Shown: positions 9,301-20,543 of the stretch, in pieces
How positions within the stretch are numbered: position 1 is the stretch's first letter
Layout of the letters: every line of letters starts with the position of its first letter
Notes under the pieces: model-generated
Databases searched by the model: none
The model's input: only the letters and a program-made list of their open reading frames with translations
What the model was told of the DNA's origin: nothing
Virus record (IMG/VR): IMGVR_UViG_3300047094_001400
Span: 6,473-70,472 of that record
Direction: 5' to 3' (one strand)
From: a virus
DNA length: 64,000 nucleotides
Made by a program: the position numbers and the translations under genes

Positions 9301-12300
9301 ATGAGTGTAAAGCCAGTAAACGGAGAATGCCCTGAAGGATATGTATATGTAGCAGGTGGTGATGATGGTAAAAGTGGAGGTTCTTGTATGAAAAATCCAT
9401 TTGCTATAAAATCCAACAAAGATGGTGTGTATGAATACGACAAAAGGACTACAAGTTTTGCAGGTAAATACGCAAAGGCTATTTTGGATAAAATGCCTAA
9501 AGAATTAAGAAACGAGGATGTTTACAATGATATTATTAACACTTTTGTTTTTTCTAGTTCTTTAAGTAAAAGTTCACCTTTATATGAAGTAATACAATTA
9601 ACCAATCAAGGTGATGTTGCAGGATTAAATAAGATTTTGTCAGACATCTCTTCTGGTAATAACACAAAACATCTTGATTACCAAATTAATTCTTGGAATG
9701 AATTTGGAAACAATAGAAAAGATAACATTAAAAAAGCAAGTGATTTTCCTGCTATTACAGAAATACAATATCCGTACCCAAGAAGTAGCGAAAAAAGCAA
9801 AAAAGAAATTGATGCTGAAAATTTTTATCAAACAAACCCTAAAAGTAGGTTTGCTGGAATAACAGGAGAAGAAATAAATCCTAATAACTACGGAACGGCC
9901 AGAAGTGCTTCAGGTGCAATAACAAATCCATCTAAAGGGCTTACACCTTTCCAGACCCCCAGAGGATTCGAGTCTAATTTATTTGACAATCCTGGTATTA
10001 CAGTTGATTCAGAAACACAAAATAGAATAAATTTTAACCAACAAAGAATTTCAGACATTCAAAAACTTTCTGAAGGTATAAGAAATCAAATAGATTCTGG
10101 AATAGGCACTGATGGTAAAAAACTAAATAATAAAGAATTAGAATCTTTAAGGTTACAACTTAAAGAAAATGATGAAGCATTAATTAATTCGAGAAGCGAA
10201 CTTAGGCCTGCTGGGCAATCAATGCCTTTAGGAGTTTCACAATCTTTGGGCGTTAATCAATTTCCTCAATCACAACAACAAACTCCTCCTGCACAGTCTG
10301 TAATCCCTCCTGCAAATCCACAGGGTCAGGTAGAATTTATGCAACAACAGGCACAACAAATGCCTGTACCGAATGAGGTTTTAAGTAGGACACAATTGCC
10401 TCCAATGGCAAGTAATATGCCCGAAGCGGAACAACAAGTTGGAATGCAAGAGGAAATGCCACAAGATAATGGCAGTATATTCCAAAGGCTAAGAAACCTA
10501 TTTTCAGGGAAACAACCACAATCACCACAGCCAAGTGTTGCTCCACAAGTAACACCACAGACTACTCAGCAACAACCTGTTGATAACAGAATTATGGGTG
10601 GAGGTGCAGGTGATGGTAGTGCTATGGGTCAAACTACAATGCCTATAAATACTCCAATAGATAATCGTGTTATGGGAGGCGGTGCAGGAGGTGGTAGTGC
10701 TATGAATGAAATGATGCCCAAGGAGTTTCAAAATGCACAGAACCTTGGTCAGCAAGTTACTCAACCCGGAATGTTTGGAGGTGGTAAAAGTGATGGTGGT
10801 TCAATGGGTCAAAGTGCAACAACGGGTTTAAGCGGTGCTTTTGCTAATGCAGGAGAATCCCCTATTGGAACCACAGGTGCTGTTGCAGGTACTACAAATG
10901 TGAATACGGGTGCTTTGCCACAAAATGTTGTAGATAATGCCACCCAAACACAAACTACTATTCCGACAGAAACAGGCACACAACCCACAGGACAAGTAGC
11001 AGGGCAAGGCACTCAAGCAGGTGCTCAAACAGGTGCTCAAGCAGGTACCGGCACCAAACCTCCTCCACTTGCTACTCCGGGAATTGTTGGCGGTGGAAAT
11101 ACTTTCTCTCCCCAATTTATTGCAGGAGGTGGAAGTGGTGGTGGATTAGATGTTCGTGTTCTACCTGGTCAAGTAGTTACAACAACAGATGAAAAAGGTC
11201 AAAAAAGTAAATCTATTCAAGACCTTATAGAAATTGGCGGTACAGGGTTTGACGATGAAGTATTGGCTCGGAAACTTCGCAGACAGGCTGCAATGCCTGA
11301 CTTGAAGAACGAGGACTACTACCCAAATCAACCTTTTACTCAGGCTCAAACTGCTTGGGGAGACCCTATCTTTTCAGGAGCAGGTGCTTTATTCCCAATG
11401 GCGGCTTACGATGCACAGCGTAAGGCACGGGCACAAGCGGAAATTGATGAGGCAAAACGGAATGTAATGCAAATCAAAATTCCTGAAATAAAAACAGGTG
11501 CTTATGTTCAAAGGTTTAGGGATGGTTATACCCAAGAAGTAATGGCTTTGGTAGATGAAGCCACTAAGGCAACTGGAGGCAATAGAAAAAAAGCATATCA
11601 ATATTTAACTCAAACAGGCAAACTTGATGCGTTACAGAATAGATATGAAGGTGTTGCACGGAGTATAGACCAAACAGCAGATAGGGCAAAAGAATTCTTG
11701 AAAAATGCTCAAGAAAAATCTACTACAATGTATTTCTCTCCTGAAGGTGTAAGGGCGGCAACTAACTTTATGAATGGCATGGATGCGTTTTCTAAAGGGG
11801 AAATTACGCCTGACCAACTTAATCAGTTAGAACAGCAATTTAGAACTGCTGAAAGGTGGGATAATTACAAAGAAAGAAACATGAAGTTGCTTACAGCAGA
11901 TGAAAAAATACCTACTGCTGAACAAATGAATGCACAACCAAGTCAAGAGGATATGGCATCATACCAAGAGCAATTAAAACTTCCTAATGCAACAGAAGAT
12001 TATCAAACATGGATATTCGTTAAGAAGTACAGCGATTTGAATAAGCAGAAAGTGTTGGATGGTATCGTCTTGCCATTCTTCTCGCAGAACCCTACTGCAA
12101 TGGAGCAATTAGCAAATGAAAATGAAACTCCAGAACAAACAGCAAATAGAATTGCTGATAGCATTGTTGCTTTGCGTGGTAGACAAATTGAAGTAGGTCA
12201 AAGGGAAAAGAATCCGAGTGCGAGAACGAATATCAACATCACTTCCGTTGGAACAACAACAGAAGAACCTTATTACGAAACAATAAATGCCAAGCGTGAT

Positions 12301-12906
12301 GAGATTATTGGTGGCACAAAAGATGCAATAGACAAAATAAATAAATCAAACTTGCAAGGGCAACAAAGAGCAGGTGCTTTACAAGGAGCATTCAAAAATA
12401 TGTTCCGTGGAATTTCAGACCAAGGTGAAGTTACAAAAGGTTATGTTGGATTTGAACCTGTTAATGTTAAGCCATACAATTTCAAAGTTCAACCATCATT
12501 GCTTGGTGAGTATGTTATTTTTGATGAAAAAACTAAATCATTCAGAAAATCAACTCCAACAGACTTCCCAGAATTAGATGCTAAAAACTTTGAAACAACA
12601 GCAGCAGGTGGGAATTTGACAGGTCAGGAAATTGTACTTATGACGCCTAATGGTAAACTTGTTCCTTGGGATTCTAAAGATATTCCTGCCGGAAGTGAAT
12701 TGTTTGTAAAACAAAAAATAACTATTGATTATGTGCCAAAAGGAATAAACCCTTCCACGAGTGCAACAATGGCAGCAAAATCAAAAACTGTTTACTCAAT
12801 AGGTCCAATTACTCAGAACTTCAAAGTTGCGGACGAAACATTCCAAAGATTTACAAAAGAAGAATCAACCAAAGGTGAAGGACAACCTTTTAAATTCGGT
12901 AAATAA
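9301..12906 (+). CDS. Large putative internal virion protein with Q/P/G-rich low-complexity middle
   Basis: 1201-aa ORF; repeats such as DNRIMGGGAGDGSAM and DNRVMGGGAGGGSAM. Confidence 0.55.
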   Translation: MSVKPVNGECPEGYVYVAGGDDGKSGGSCMKNPFAIKSNKDGVYEYDKRTTSFAGKYAKAILDKMPKELRNEDVYNDIINTFVFSSSLSKSSPLYEVIQLTNQGDVAGLNKILSDISSGNNTKHLDYQINSWNEFGNNRKDNIKKASDFPAITEIQYPYPRSSEKSKKEIDAENFYQTNPKSRFAGITGEEINPNNYGTARSASGAITNPSKGLTPFQTPRGFESNLFDNPGITVDSETQNRINFNQQRISDIQKLSEGIRNQIDSGIGTDGKKLNNKELESLRLQLKENDEALINSRSELRPAGQSMPLGVSQSLGVNQFPQSQQQTPPAQSVIPPANPQGQVEFMQQQAQQMPVPNEVLSRTQLPPMASNMPEAEQQVGMQEEMPQDNGSIFQRLRNLFSGKQPQSPQPSVAPQVTPQTTQQQPVDNRIMGGGAGDGSAMGQTTMPINTPIDNRVMGGGAGGGSAMNEMMPKEFQNAQNLGQQVTQPGMFGGGKSDGGSMGQSATTGLSGAFANAGESPIGTTGAVAGTTNVNTGALPQNVVDNATQTQTTIPTETGTQPTGQVAGQGTQAGAQTGAQAGTGTKPPPLATPGIVGGGNTFSPQFIAGGGSGGGLDVRVLPGQVVTTTDEKGQKSKSIQDLIEIGGTGFDDEVLARKLRRQAAMPDLKNEDYYPNQPFTQAQTAWGDPIFSGAGALFPMAAYDAQRKARAQAEIDEAKRNVMQIKIPEIKTGAYVQRFRDGYTQEVMALVDEATKATGGNRKKAYQYLTQTGKLDALQNRYEGVARSIDQTADRAKEFLKNAQEKSTTMYFSPEGVRAATNFMNGMDAFSKGEITPDQLNQLEQQFRTAERWDNYKERNMKLLTADEKIPTAEQMNAQPSQEDMASYQEQLKLPNATEDYQTWIFVKKYSDLNKQKVLDGIVLPFFSQNPTAMEQLANENETPEQTANRIADSIVALRGRQIEVGQREKNPSARTNINITSVGTTTEEPYYETINAKRDEIIGGTKDAIDKINKSNLQGQQRAGALQGAFKNMFRGISDQGEVTKGYVGFEPVNVKPYNFKVQPSLLGEYVIFDEKTKSFRKSTPTDFPELDAKNFETTAAGGNLTGQEIVLMTPNGKLVPWDSKDIPAGSELFVKQKITIDYVPKGINPSTSATMAAKSKTVYSIGPITQNFKVADETFQRFTKEESTKGEGQPFKFGK

Positions 12907-12908
12907 CA

Positions 12909-15900
12909 ATGGCAGACGAAAGTAAAAAGAAAGCATACTACGATTCACTTGTTAGAGCAGGTGTAGTTCCTCCAGAGGTTTCTTATGATGCGTTTAATCT
13001 AAAAATAAGAGATACGAATTTTGCCAAAATTGTTTATAGCGGATTAAAAACCGCTTCTGAACTTGGCATTGTAAAAGATATTCCAAGCGAACAGCAGTTT
13101 AATTCTGTTCTTCAGTCAGGTCAATTCCCAACACAGCCGGAATTGTCCGAAGATATACCAGAGGTTAAAGAAATAAAAGAAATGGGTGTTCCTGCCTCTA
13201 AACAAACAGCAATACCTCCTGTTTCTAATATTCCTAACCAACCACAGCCTACTGCCGAAGAAACACAAATAGCACCTATTGACCAACAAGCAGGGCAAGT
13301 ACAGGGAGGAATGCCACAGGCAAGACCACAAATGACTATTCCGGGAATGCAACAGCCTGAAATGCCTGTTCCTCCTCTTGGTATATTTAATCCACAACAA
13401 GCAAAACCAATAGTACCTGAACAAGCAAAGCAACCACAAGGACAACAATTTCAATGGTCAGGAATGATAGCAGGTGGTGAGCCTGAAAAGCTACAAGTAA
13501 GTCCTGTTTCATCTACATCACAAATGCGTATAAGTGCAGAAGAAAAGCCAAAAGAAATGGCATTAGCACAAATACACAGAAACGCTATGAACCAAGGAGA
13601 ATTGGCAACACTTGTTTCATCACTATCAAATCCAACACCTGAATCAATACAAAGAATAGCACAGATAAATGCGGAAATGGAAAACGCTCCGCAATCTGAG
13701 GCTATGCAAAATTTACAAAAAGAAGGAAGTTTTGCTAATATGCTTCAAGCAACGCCTGAGGTAATATATCAATCTTTGGCTTCAATGATAAGGTCTGGGT
13801 ATGGAACTATATTGGGTTCAACAGCGGCAGGAGCAGCAGTAGGAAGCACTATACCTGTTCTTGGGAATTTGGCTGGAGCAGGTTATGGTCTTGGTACAGG
13901 TATGGTTGCGGCTGGTAGTCAAGTTGAATATGCCTCAAGTTTAATGGAAGGGCTTCGTCAGCAGGGTGTAAATGTATCTAATCCAAACGAATTATCAATT
14001 GCTTTTTCTAATCCCAATATTATTAATAATGCTCGTAAGTTTGCGGCAAAAAGAACCGCTGCAATTATGGTATTCGATGCAGCGACAATGGGTGTTGCAG
14101 GAAAACTTGGAGTAGGTAGAGCCTCATCTACATTAGGAAATGTTGCAAGACTTGGTGGTGAACTTGGTATTCAAGCCGCAGGTGGTTCAGCAGGAGAAGC
14201 GTTTGCACAATTTGTTTCTGGTCAAGAAATAAATCCACAGGATATAATTATGGAGGGGCTTGGAGAATTAGGTGGTGCTCCTGGTGATATATTTTCTGCA
14301 AAATTAAGGGCGGTAAAAAGTCCGGAACAAGTTCAAGCAGATGCCAATAGAATGGCGGCAAATGCTCCTATGAATGCAGAGCAAGTAGATGCGTTTGTAA
14401 ATACAAGTGTTGAGGCAGGATTTATAGCACCTGACAATGCCGAGCAAGCAAAAACAACACTTAATAAAGCAAATGAGTTAAACGCCAAAATTCCTGCTGA
14501 AATAAAGGACACGGAGTTAAGGGTTGCTGCGATAGGGTTGATTGAGGAAAGGGATAATCTTAATGCACAATTAGAAACTGTTGATGAGGCATTTAGACCT
14601 GCTATTCAGGAGAAGATTAAGGCTATCAATGAGCAGTTGGCGGGAATGGCTACTCCGGAAGTTGTTGCTGAAACCATACCAACCCCTGCACCACAGGAAA
14701 CGCCACAGGAAGCCCCTGTTACTCCCGCCACCACCGGACAGCAGGATATTCAAAATAGAAAACGGAAAGATTTACTTCCAGATGAAACAGAGTTTGCAAA
14801 TGTTATAGGTGGTAGTAATTCAAACTCTAATATATCATCTTATAGAGAAGTTAATGGGATTGGAATAGCAGAATATACAAATCCAAATAATGGTCTTGTT
14901 GATGTTATTATGACAGGAACATCAGATAACGATTATGTTGGTTATGTAAGAATATATGAAAATGGAAAGCCAACAAATAGGTGGACTTCCAAAATGGAAA
15001 ACAAATCCGGTAATAAGGATAATTTTAAAACCATGATTACCGAGGTACAAAAACTATTACCAGAAAATCATGAATACACAGAAAAAACAAATATATCTCT
15101 TGATGGGGTTAGGGTTTATGCGAACAACTTAAATAGAGGTTACGAGATTGCCACCGATAAAAATGGCAACCCTATAATAAATAATGTTCCATTAAACAAT
15201 GCTACATTGTCATCTCTTCAATCTACATCCGACCCTGATGCAATAGAAGATTTATACAACACAAGAACGGGGATTACAAGAGAAGAGTTTAATAAAATAA
15301 AAGAACAAATAAATTCACTGCTTCCTAATACAGGGCTATTGTATAACGAGGCAAATGGCAGTGTGATAATACAACTTCCTGTTTTAAGAAAATCCCCCGC
15401 CACCACCGGACAGCAGGCTACGCCTGCAACCACAGAAGTTGCCACCGAGGCTGTTACGGAAACACCTACGGGAACTACTGCGGAAGTGGAGGTAAAACTT
15501 GCAGAACTTCCTACAAAAACAATAGAAGCGGAGGTAGTATCTGAAACCCCTGTTGCTGGTGCCGAGGCTAACCCTGCTTTAGCAGATGTGGAAAGTACGG
15601 CAAAGGCGTTGGAGGGGGTGGATAAGGAAACAGAAGATTTATCTACTGCATTAATGGTTGCAGAAGGTAGTCTTAAAAACAATGATTTAAGAAAAAGTAA
15701 GCAAAGAGATAAATTTATACCAATAATAAAATCTCTTTTAAAAGAAGGTGAATATATTGGTCAATCTTTTAAAGGTCAAACATCTGAAAGTGCATCTAAT
15801 TCAATATCCCAAACCATCTCCTCCGCCTACCACTCTGCCAAGGCAAAACCTGAATCCGAAAGGACTGCACAGGAAACTGAATTAATTACCCAAGTCGAAC

Positions 15901-18900
15901 AACTATTAACCCCCACACAAGATGCCGTTCAAAAGCAAACAGCAGGTCAAGTACCTGTTCAGTCAGGAACCACAAGTAGCCAAGAAGTGGCGGAAGGAGA
16001 ACCCAAAGCAGAACCTCAAGGCACTGCCAACAAAGGTCAAACCCAAGAAACAGGGAAAGAAGAAGTAGGGGGAGAAACCCCTGCGGAAGTTGCAAGTTCT
16101 GAAATAGCAAACATATCAAATAAAACATCTGTAAGAGATTTAGCGTCAATGCAAGATGGCGAAGTTTCAGCAGGAGTTTTTTCTGAACTAAACAAAGGTG
16201 ATAAAATCACTATTGGTGGTAATGAATATGTTGTAACTACCAAGACTAAAGGAACTAAAAAAACAGAGTTTAAAAAGAAAGACGGAACTACAAGTTTTTA
16301 TACAAAAAGCACTCTTACTTTAAAAGAGGTAAACCCTGATGGAAGTTTAGGAAAACCAATATCAGGAACATTTGTAGAGTATGAAAATGGTAGAACACTG
16401 TTTACTGGAGGCAACCAGTGGAATAACTTGTCAAGAGATATTGAAGGCGATGTTACGATTGATTTGATTAATGAGAATAATAAATTTCATACTCCAAGTC
16501 AATCTTTTAAACTTGCACAACAATATGTTGATAAGATAAATTCTAATTTACCCAAAGAAAAAGCAGGAAAGCCCACCACGCCCACGGAAACCCCTGGGAA
16601 AGCCACGGCAACACAGGAAGCCCCAACGGGGGAGGTAGATAAATCTACCGAAGAACTTTTGGATGAAACCTTATCAAAATATGGTTGGTCAAAAGAACAA
16701 ACAAAAAAAGGATACAATATAAAAAACTCCAAAGGAAATACAGTTGCTATTGCTGAAGTAAAATCAGGTGGAAAATATACTATATATGATGCTTCAGGAG
16801 CAAAATTACTTTCTGGAAACAAAGATGTTGTAGAAGCAGTAGAAAAAGTGGCTACAGAGTATTTCTTTGCTAAACCTAAACCAGCCACCACCACTCCTAC
16901 TACTACCCCCACCACCGAAGTAACTCTCAACACTCCTAATGAAACAACTATTAAGGACATTGAGAAAATTGAAAACGCCACAGAAAAAGGTAGAGAACTC
17001 GCACTTTCTAAACCCGTAAACAAATGGGTTAAAAGAGCATTTGATACATTCCAAGACCTTTCAGACCGTGCTAAAAAAGCAGGAATCTATGACGGAACTA
17101 CTCTCAAAATCGGTGGCAAAGAATATACTGTTGATACCCCTGCTAAGTTCAAGGCATTCCTCGCACAATCACAAGCAAACTTTGACGCTATTAATGAGGC
17201 GGTAGATAAATCCGAAATTGATGTATTGAAGGCAGAAAGAGATACTTTGATACAAGAGTTTATTAAGGGAATGGGTAAGGCTACTATGAACCTTAACCCA
17301 CAACAGGTATCATCGCTTGCTCAAATCGCTTGGAAGAACTTACAGATATTATTAAAGCAAACTAAATTATCAAGTGCAGGGGTAGCCTCTCAAATAAAGA
17401 AGGTAGTTGACAACGCTATATTAGAGGTTAATCAAATATTGGAACAATCAGGGCAAACATTATTAAACCCTGACAAAGACGACATCACAAATATAATCAA
17501 TGGTGTCCGTAAGCTTGCTGAGGGAATTGTTGTTCCTCCAAGTCAAAATGCTGGTCAAATAGGAACTCCCGGACAGCCAAGTGCTACACAATCTCCTATT
17601 TACACAAAAGAACAGGAAGAACTTGCACGACAAATGGAAAAGAAAATGGATGAAGGTAAGCCATTCATTTCTCGTAGTGAACCATTTTGGACTGCCGTAA
17701 AAAGGAAAACTGCTGAATTAAGACAGAAATTAGATAGCCCTAAAGAACTATTGAATTTTGTCGAAAAAATGATAGGCACAACTCCAGGTTCATCTTACAA
17801 TAGAACAAGGGAATTACCACTTGGTAGGGCTATGGAACAACTTCGTGGGAAAGCAAGGTCTTTGGCTTTGCCATACATGGAGAGAATATCAGAAATTCTA
17901 AAACCTATTGAAAGCAATCTTCCTGACTTTGAAAAGTATTTGATATACAGAAGAATTATTGATAGGGCTATACAGGATAAAGCCAACCAAGAGGCTTACA
18001 ATCAAGGTTTGTTAAAGAAGAAGCCCGTAAGGAGAACAACAGGTGGAATGACAGAAACAAATGCTGATATTCTACTTAATAACCTTAGAAACAAAATAGG
18101 TGCAGATATGTTTGATAAGTTCACTCAGGCAGGGGATGATTTGCAACAAGTTTTTGACGACAACCTAAAAGACTTAGTTGATGCCGGAGTGCTTACACAG
18201 GATAGGTATGATGCCATTAAGGCTCAGAATGAGTTCTATATTCCATTTGATGTTGTACAAAGGGATTTCAGGGGTAATGTTATTACGGGAACAGAATACG
18301 ATAGGAGTACAGCACAAGGTCAAAAAGTTATTCGTGAAATAAAAGGCATTGATACACCTAAGAATGCTGCGGATGCCGATAAAACTATTGAGATATTTTA
18401 CAAAATGATGCAAAACGGTGATATTGATGTTGATTCATATTACTATTTAGCAACAGAAAAGATTACTGATGCAAGAAATCAAGGGAATATAACTCAACAG
18501 GAGTATGAGGAGTTGATGGATTCTTTATCTGAACCTGGATTAGAATTACATTCGCCACTTAATAAAACACTTAATATCATTAATGCTTCTCAATATCAAG
18601 TTGCAAGACAAGGGTATATGGAAGATGTTGATAGGCTTGTTGATGCAGATACCAACAACGATTACTTTAAGAGGTTAGAGGATGGAGAAAAACTTCCAAG
18701 CGGTATGGCTATAATTACATACTACAAAGATGGAGTTCAGCAAAGAGTTGCGGTTGATGAAAAATTAAAACAGGCTATTGATGGAATGACCAAACCTGAA
18801 TTAAGTGCTTTTGAACAAGTGTTAAAGGTTGCTTCAATTCCATTTAAGATAGCAGCCACATCAGCGAGTGTTACATTCCTTCCAGTAAACTTTGTAATTG

Positions 18901-20537
18901 ATACGGTTCGTACATTAACATCAAAGGCAGGACTTGGTTCAGGTGCAAACATTACAGAAAGAGCTGCGTCTGTAATTCAAATTCCTGTATTATATTCAGA
19001 GGCACTTGTTGAAAGCATAATTGGAAATTTATTAAACACTAAACTTGGAAATGCCTTAGGACTTAAGAGTATTACTCCTGAATTTATGTATAATCAATAT
19101 GAGGATTGGAGAAAATCTCCATCATATTCAGAAGGAACTTACATGAATTACTTTACAGACAAGTTAAAATCAGGTAGGACAAAATCAGAAATCGAAGATG
19201 CTAAGTTTTTAGAAACTGTTCAAAGAAGAACTCAGACAATACTTGGCAAACCTGAAACAGCAAAGGCAATAGCAAACGCAATGCTTGGTGCAAAGCAAAA
19301 AACAAGAATGACTGTTGATGGGTTATTTGATATAATAAACTTAGTTGGTAAAATGCTTGAAAACTCACACAAGATTTATGGAAACATAAAACTTTCAGGA
19401 ACAGAGGCAGGTGTTAGAAAAGGATTAGATAGGTATATTGGAGGGTATATTGATAAACTTCATGGACAGAAAAAATTGACACAAGCAGAACTTGAAAATG
19501 CATTGGAGGAAATTAACGATGAAGTATTAAACAATATCGGCAGTCCAAACTTTGAACAAATTCCACCAAACATGAGGGCTGCATCTATTCTTTTGCCGTT
19601 TTTTGGTGCAGCGGTAAAAGGGAATATGACTGATATTAGTAGAATGTTAAATTCGGTAAATACTGGTGCTTCTAAAAAAGAAAGAAAAGACGCATTGGTT
19701 TTTGCGGCAAGAAATGCTGCTGTGTTTACGATTCCTGCTTTTATGACAGGGTTAGCAATGGCACTCAAAGATGATGATGATGAGGATAAGAAAATGTACG
19801 ATGAGATGGATGAAAACTCCAAGTGGAAAAACATGATAATTCCAATACAGAGAGATGTGGATGGAGAGGGAGTTCAAACAGATTTTATTACAGTTCCTGT
19901 TCGTGGATTGCCTGTTGTTTTTAATTCTATTGGTAGGGCATCAGGTCAAGCACTTGGAATGGCTATGAAAGAAAAATTAACAAAAGAAGAACTTAAAAAT
20001 ATATCAAAAGATTTATTGTATTCAAGTGGTTCTGAGATGATGACTTTTAACTTGGCTGACAAAACATACCTATCAGATATTGACCCAGAAACAGGCGAAA
20101 GAAAAGAAAGGCGGAAAGAGGAAGAGTGGGTTAATAGGTCTATGTCTGCTATTTCAGGATTAAATCCATTAATAAAAGCACCTCTTGAAAGAGTTGCAAA
20201 CAAAAACTTCTTTGGTAAATATCCATTATTCCCTGAAAACATTCGTGGCAAAAGGTTAAGAAATGCAATATTAAATGAAGTAATTGACCCCGAAACAGGA
20301 GAGCCAATAAGTCCATCATTGCTTAAAAACAAGTTTACTCCTGAGTATTCGGTAAATCTAAGTAAGAAGCTTGAAAGGAATGGAATTAGAATAACTCCTA
20401 TTGCTATTGACCACTTTTTTGATTCATTCCTTGCAGGTGCTCCTGAAAAGTATGATGTAGGTGCTTATGAATCTATGAAGCGTAGGTTCCTTTGGAAAGA
20501 AAGAAAACTTGCATACGGAGAAAAACCCAAAAACTAA
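12909..20537 (+). CDS. Giant polyvalent/internal virion protein with probable C-terminal LPD38-like domain
   Basis: 2542 aa; Gly/Ala hydrophobic segment, modular middle, C-terminal 'PLERVANKNFFGKYPLFP..ITPIAIDHF' resembling LPD38. Confidence 0.6.
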   Translation: MADESKKKAYYDSLVRAGVVPPEVSYDAFNLKIRDTNFAKIVYSGLKTASELGIVKDIPSEQQFNSVLQSGQFPTQPELSEDIPEVKEIKEMGVPASKQTAIPPVSNIPNQPQPTAEETQIAPIDQQAGQVQGGMPQARPQMTIPGMQQPEMPVPPLGIFNPQQAKPIVPEQAKQPQGQQFQWSGMIAGGEPEKLQVSPVSSTSQMRISAEEKPKEMALAQIHRNAMNQGELATLVSSLSNPTPESIQRIAQINAEMENAPQSEAMQNLQKEGSFANMLQATPEVIYQSLASMIRSGYGTILGSTAAGAAVGSTIPVLGNLAGAGYGLGTGMVAAGSQVEYASSLMEGLRQQGVNVSNPNELSIAFSNPNIINNARKFAAKRTAAIMVFDAATMGVAGKLGVGRASSTLGNVARLGGELGIQAAGGSAGEAFAQFVSGQEINPQDIIMEGLGELGGAPGDIFSAKLRAVKSPEQVQADANRMAANAPMNAEQVDAFVNTSVEAGFIAPDNAEQAKTTLNKANELNAKIPAEIKDTELRVAAIGLIEERDNLNAQLETVDEAFRPAIQEKIKAINEQLAGMATPEVVAETIPTPAPQETPQEAPVTPATTGQQDIQNRKRKDLLPDETEFANVIGGSNSNSNISSYREVNGIGIAEYTNPNNGLVDVIMTGTSDNDYVGYVRIYENGKPTNRWTSKMENKSGNKDNFKTMITEVQKLLPENHEYTEKTNISLDGVRVYANNLNRGYEIATDKNGNPIINNVPLNNATLSSLQSTSDPDAIEDLYNTRTGITREEFNKIKEQINSLLPNTGLLYNEANGSVIIQLPVLRKSPATTGQQATPATTEVATEAVTETPTGTTAEVEVKLAELPTKTIEAEVVSETPVAGAEANPALADVESTAKALEGVDKETEDLSTALMVAEGSLKNNDLRKSKQRDKFIPIIKSLLKEGEYIGQSFKGQTSESASNSISQTISSAYHSAKAKPESERTAQETELITQVEQLLTPTQDAVQKQTAGQVPVQSGTTSSQEVAEGEPKAEPQGTANKGQTQETGKEEVGGETPAEVASSEIANISNKTSVRDLASMQDGEVSAGVFSELNKGDKITIGGNEYVVTTKTKGTKKTEFKKKDGTTSFYTKSTLTLKEVNPDGSLGKPISGTFVEYENGRTLFTGGNQWNNLSRDIEGDVTIDLINENNKFHTPSQSFKLAQQYVDKINSNLPKEKAGKPTTPTETPGKATATQEAPTGEVDKSTEELLDETLSKYGWSKEQTKKGYNIKNSKGNTVAIAEVKSGGKYTIYDASGAKLLSGNKDVVEAVEKVATEYFFAKPKPATTTPTTTPTTEVTLNTPNETTIKDIEKIENATEKGRELALSKPVNKWVKRAFDTFQDLSDRAKKAGIYDGTTLKIGGKEYTVDTPAKFKAFLAQSQANFDAINEAVDKSEIDVLKAERDTLIQEFIKGMGKATMNLNPQQVSSLAQIAWKNLQILLKQTKLSSAGVASQIKKVVDNAILEVNQILEQSGQTLLNPDKDDITNIINGVRKLAEGIVVPPSQNAGQIGTPGQPSATQSPIYTKEQEELARQMEKKMDEGKPFISRSEPFWTAVKRKTAELRQKLDSPKELLNFVEKMIGTTPGSSYNRTRELPLGRAMEQLRGKARSLALPYMERISEILKPIESNLPDFEKYLIYRRIIDRAIQDKANQEAYNQGLLKKKPVRRTTGGMTETNADILLNNLRNKIGADMFDKFTQAGDDLQQVFDDNLKDLVDAGVLTQDRYDAIKAQNEFYIPFDVVQRDFRGNVITGTEYDRSTAQGQKVIREIKGIDTPKNAADADKTIEIFYKMMQNGDIDVDSYYYLATEKITDARNQGNITQQEYEELMDSLSEPGLELHSPLNKTLNIINASQYQVARQGYMEDVDRLVDADTNNDYFKRLEDGEKLPSGMAIITYYKDGVQQRVAVDEKLKQAIDGMTKPELSAFEQVLKVASIPFKIAATSASVTFLPVNFVIDTVRTLTSKAGLGSGANITERAASVIQIPVLYSEALVESIIGNLLNTKLGNALGLKSITPEFMYNQYEDWRKSPSYSEGTYMNYFTDKLKSGRTKSEIEDAKFLETVQRRTQTILGKPETAKAIANAMLGAKQKTRMTVDGLFDIINLVGKMLENSHKIYGNIKLSGTEAGVRKGLDRYIGGYIDKLHGQKKLTQAELENALEEINDEVLNNIGSPNFEQIPPNMRAASILLPFFGAAVKGNMTDISRMLNSVNTGASKKERKDALVFAARNAAVFTIPAFMTGLAMALKDDDDEDKKMYDEMDENSKWKNMIIPIQRDVDGEGVQTDFITVPVRGLPVVFNSIGRASGQALGMAMKEKLTKEELKNISKDLLYSSGSEMMTFNLADKTYLSDIDPETGERKERRKEEEWVNRSMSAISGLNPLIKAPLERVANKNFFGKYPLFPENIRGKRLRNAILNEVIDPETGEPISPSLLKNKFTPEYSVNLSKKLERNGIRITPIAIDHFFDSFLAGAPEKYDVGAYESMKRRFLWKERKLAYGEKPKN
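14724..15417 (+). repeat. 22-bp direct repeats flanking an in-frame domain
   Basis: cccgccaccaccggacagcagg at 14724-14745 and 15396-15417. Confidence 0.85.
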
Positions 20538-20543
20538 CAACCG

